A stretch of DNA of 64,000 nucleotides, taken from an uncultured virus (IMG/VR IMGVR_UViG_3300033571_022590). Lineage: Duplodnaviria > Heunggongvirae > Uroviricota > Caudoviricetes. Where the stretch lies: positions 1 through 64,000 of IMG/VR virus record IMGVR_UViG_3300033571_022590, one strand, 5' to 3'. Under the pieces are notes generated by a model that was not told the origin of the DNA, searched no databases, and saw nothing but the letters and a program-made list of their open reading frames with translations. How positions within the stretch are numbered: the stretch's first letter is position 1; each line of letters opens with the position of its first letter. Below, one piece after another: positions 62,719 through 64,000 of this stretch. Made by a program: the position numbers and the translations under genes.

Positions 62719-64000
62719 GTGCTGTTTCCTTTTCATAGTAAGCATACTGACCCCAGGGTGGAATCACAGTAGTATTACCGTGTATGATCCACACTGTGTC
62801 AGCATAGTTTTCGTCACCCCACGAACCAAATGGGTAACCGTCGGTGAATACCACCAAGCGTTTGGGTTCGATTTGTTCTTCTTTCAAATAGCTGAATATG
62901 CAATCAAAGTCAGTGCCTCCTCCGCCCTTGACTTCGTAGTCACAGATGGTATCCAAATTATCTGAGTTGTAGGTAGCTGGATTGTAGGTTTGTGTATCAA
63001 AGGTAAAGATATGTATCTTGTAGCTCTGGAACTGGTCCATGATGCCCTGGGTTTCGCTCAAGAAATCCTTGAGCATGCGCTCGTCGATACTACCACTTGC
63101 GTCAATACCTATGGCTATGTCAATCAACTCATCATTCTTCATACCGGGCATGACAGCATCCATGTGCCAACCACGTCGGCTGGCACGCATCCAGGTAAAG
63201 TCCGACTTGATGGTACTTTCCAACTGCATACGCAACAACTCACGCCAGTTCATCTTGGGTGCGGTCATGTCCTGGATAAGACGCTTGACACCTGCAGGCA
63301 AGTTACCTGCACCATCACTGGCAGCCGCTGCCGCTAGGACTGCTTCTTTGATCTCATCGCGGATCTTTTGGCGTTCTTCGGCTGAAATCTTGGGACGACC
63401 TTTGCCCTTGCCATCTTTGTCGTCACCATCGCCTTCGCTTTCGCCGTCACCCTCGCCATCCAAGTGATCGTCCAAGAGCTTGTCGATGAGATCACTCAAG
63501 CTGATTTTTTCTGCATTCTTGTACAGATCGTCGTAGATTTCTTCCGAACTCATGCCTTCATACTTTGAATCATACAGGCAGGGCACTGACGTGATAAACT
63601 CGCCTACTCGATGTTTCTTCAAGTCTGCATTGACCGCAAAGTCGTTGGCTACATTGAACAGTTGATGATCTCTGTCACCTCGGCGTCCAAAGTGATCATA
63701 CACGCAGTGAAGCACCTCATGTCCAAACAAGAACTCGATCTCTTTGGGACGGAGCATGTCAATGAATCTGCTGTTGTAGTAGAAGTTACGACCATCCGTG
63801 GCTGCGGTTCCGCACCATTCGTCAGCGTTGACTAACTTGAGTCGAGTGGCCAGGTTGCCAAAAAATGAAGCACGTAGCAACAATCCTACACGGGCTGTGA
63901 TCAGCTTTTCACGAACTTCACGATCCAATTTGGGATCCATGGGACCAACAAGATCTTTGAACTTGTCTGCTTCTTTTTTGTTTTGTGAAGTTGCTGTGCT
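62711..64000 (-). CDS. DUF2201-like putative metallopeptidase with a C-terminal VWA domain; frame stays open to the right edge
   Basis: TAATDG, HEVLH (HExxH), NVANDFAVN, IDASGSI (MIDAS), GGGGTDF and FTDGY. Confidence 0.88.
   Translation of the reverse strand, partial: STATSQNKKEADKFKDLVGPMDPKLDREVREKLITARVGLLLRASFFGNLATRLKLVNADEWCGTAATDGRNFYYNSRFIDMLRPKEIEFLFGHEVLHCVYDHFGRRGDRDHQLFNVANDFAVNADLKKHRVGEFITSVPCLYDSKYEGMSSEEIYDDLYKNAEKISLSDLIDKLLDDHLDGEGDGESEGDGDDKDGKGKGRPKISAEERQKIRDEIKEAVLAAAAASDGAGNLPAGVKRLIQDMTAPKMNWRELLRMQLESTIKSDFTWMRASRRGWHMDAVMPGMKNDELIDIAIGIDASGSIDERMLKDFLSETQGIMDQFQSYKIHIFTFDTQTYNPATYNSDNLDTICDYEVKGGGGTDFDCIFSYLKEEQIEPKRLVVFTDGYPFGSWGDENYADTVWIIHGNTTVIPPWGQYAYYEKETAHA

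Noticed and set aside
1..64000. Stop-codon reassignment
   Set aside because: Long ORFs tile the window in the standard code, and TAA, TAG and TGA all end genes at sensible positions.
1..64000. tRNA, rRNA, introns, inteins, transposases
   Set aside because: Intergenic gaps are very short and no such motifs were recognised by eye. tRNAscan-SE or Infernal would be needed to exclude them formally.

Overview
This window is part of a large T4-like (myovirus, probably jumbo) phage genome read in the standard genetic code. From left to right it holds four blocks. (1) A minus-strand gp46/gp47 recombination nuclease pair and a gp55-like late sigma factor, with a split orphan gene inserted between gp47 and gp46. 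(2) A plus-strand baseplate/tail module (about 4.0-34.1 kb) with gp53-, gp5-, gp25- and gp6-like genes, a 5065-aa mosaic virion protein and a tail fibre with a C-terminal chaperone-like domain. (3) A roughly 27-kb biosynthetic or modification cluster (about 34.2-61.3 kb): six radical SAM enzymes, five copies of an uncharacterised GT10-like family (a sixth, split copy lies at 0.9-2.0 kb), GT-A-like proteins, dTDP-glucose 4,6-dehydratase, an epimerase, a DegT aminotransferase, a carbamoyltransferase, an amidinotransferase, an FkbM-like methyltransferase and a 998-aa repeat protein. thyX lies within its right end. (4) Small hypothetical genes and a VWA/metallopeptidase gene running off the right edge. 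Block 3 is the most interesting element: it resembles an aminoglycoside- or saxitoxin-style tailoring kit placed right after the tail genes. It could build an elaborate virion glycan or a DNA or host-surface modification, but its substrate cannot be determined from sequence. All assignments come from motif reading; no searches were run.
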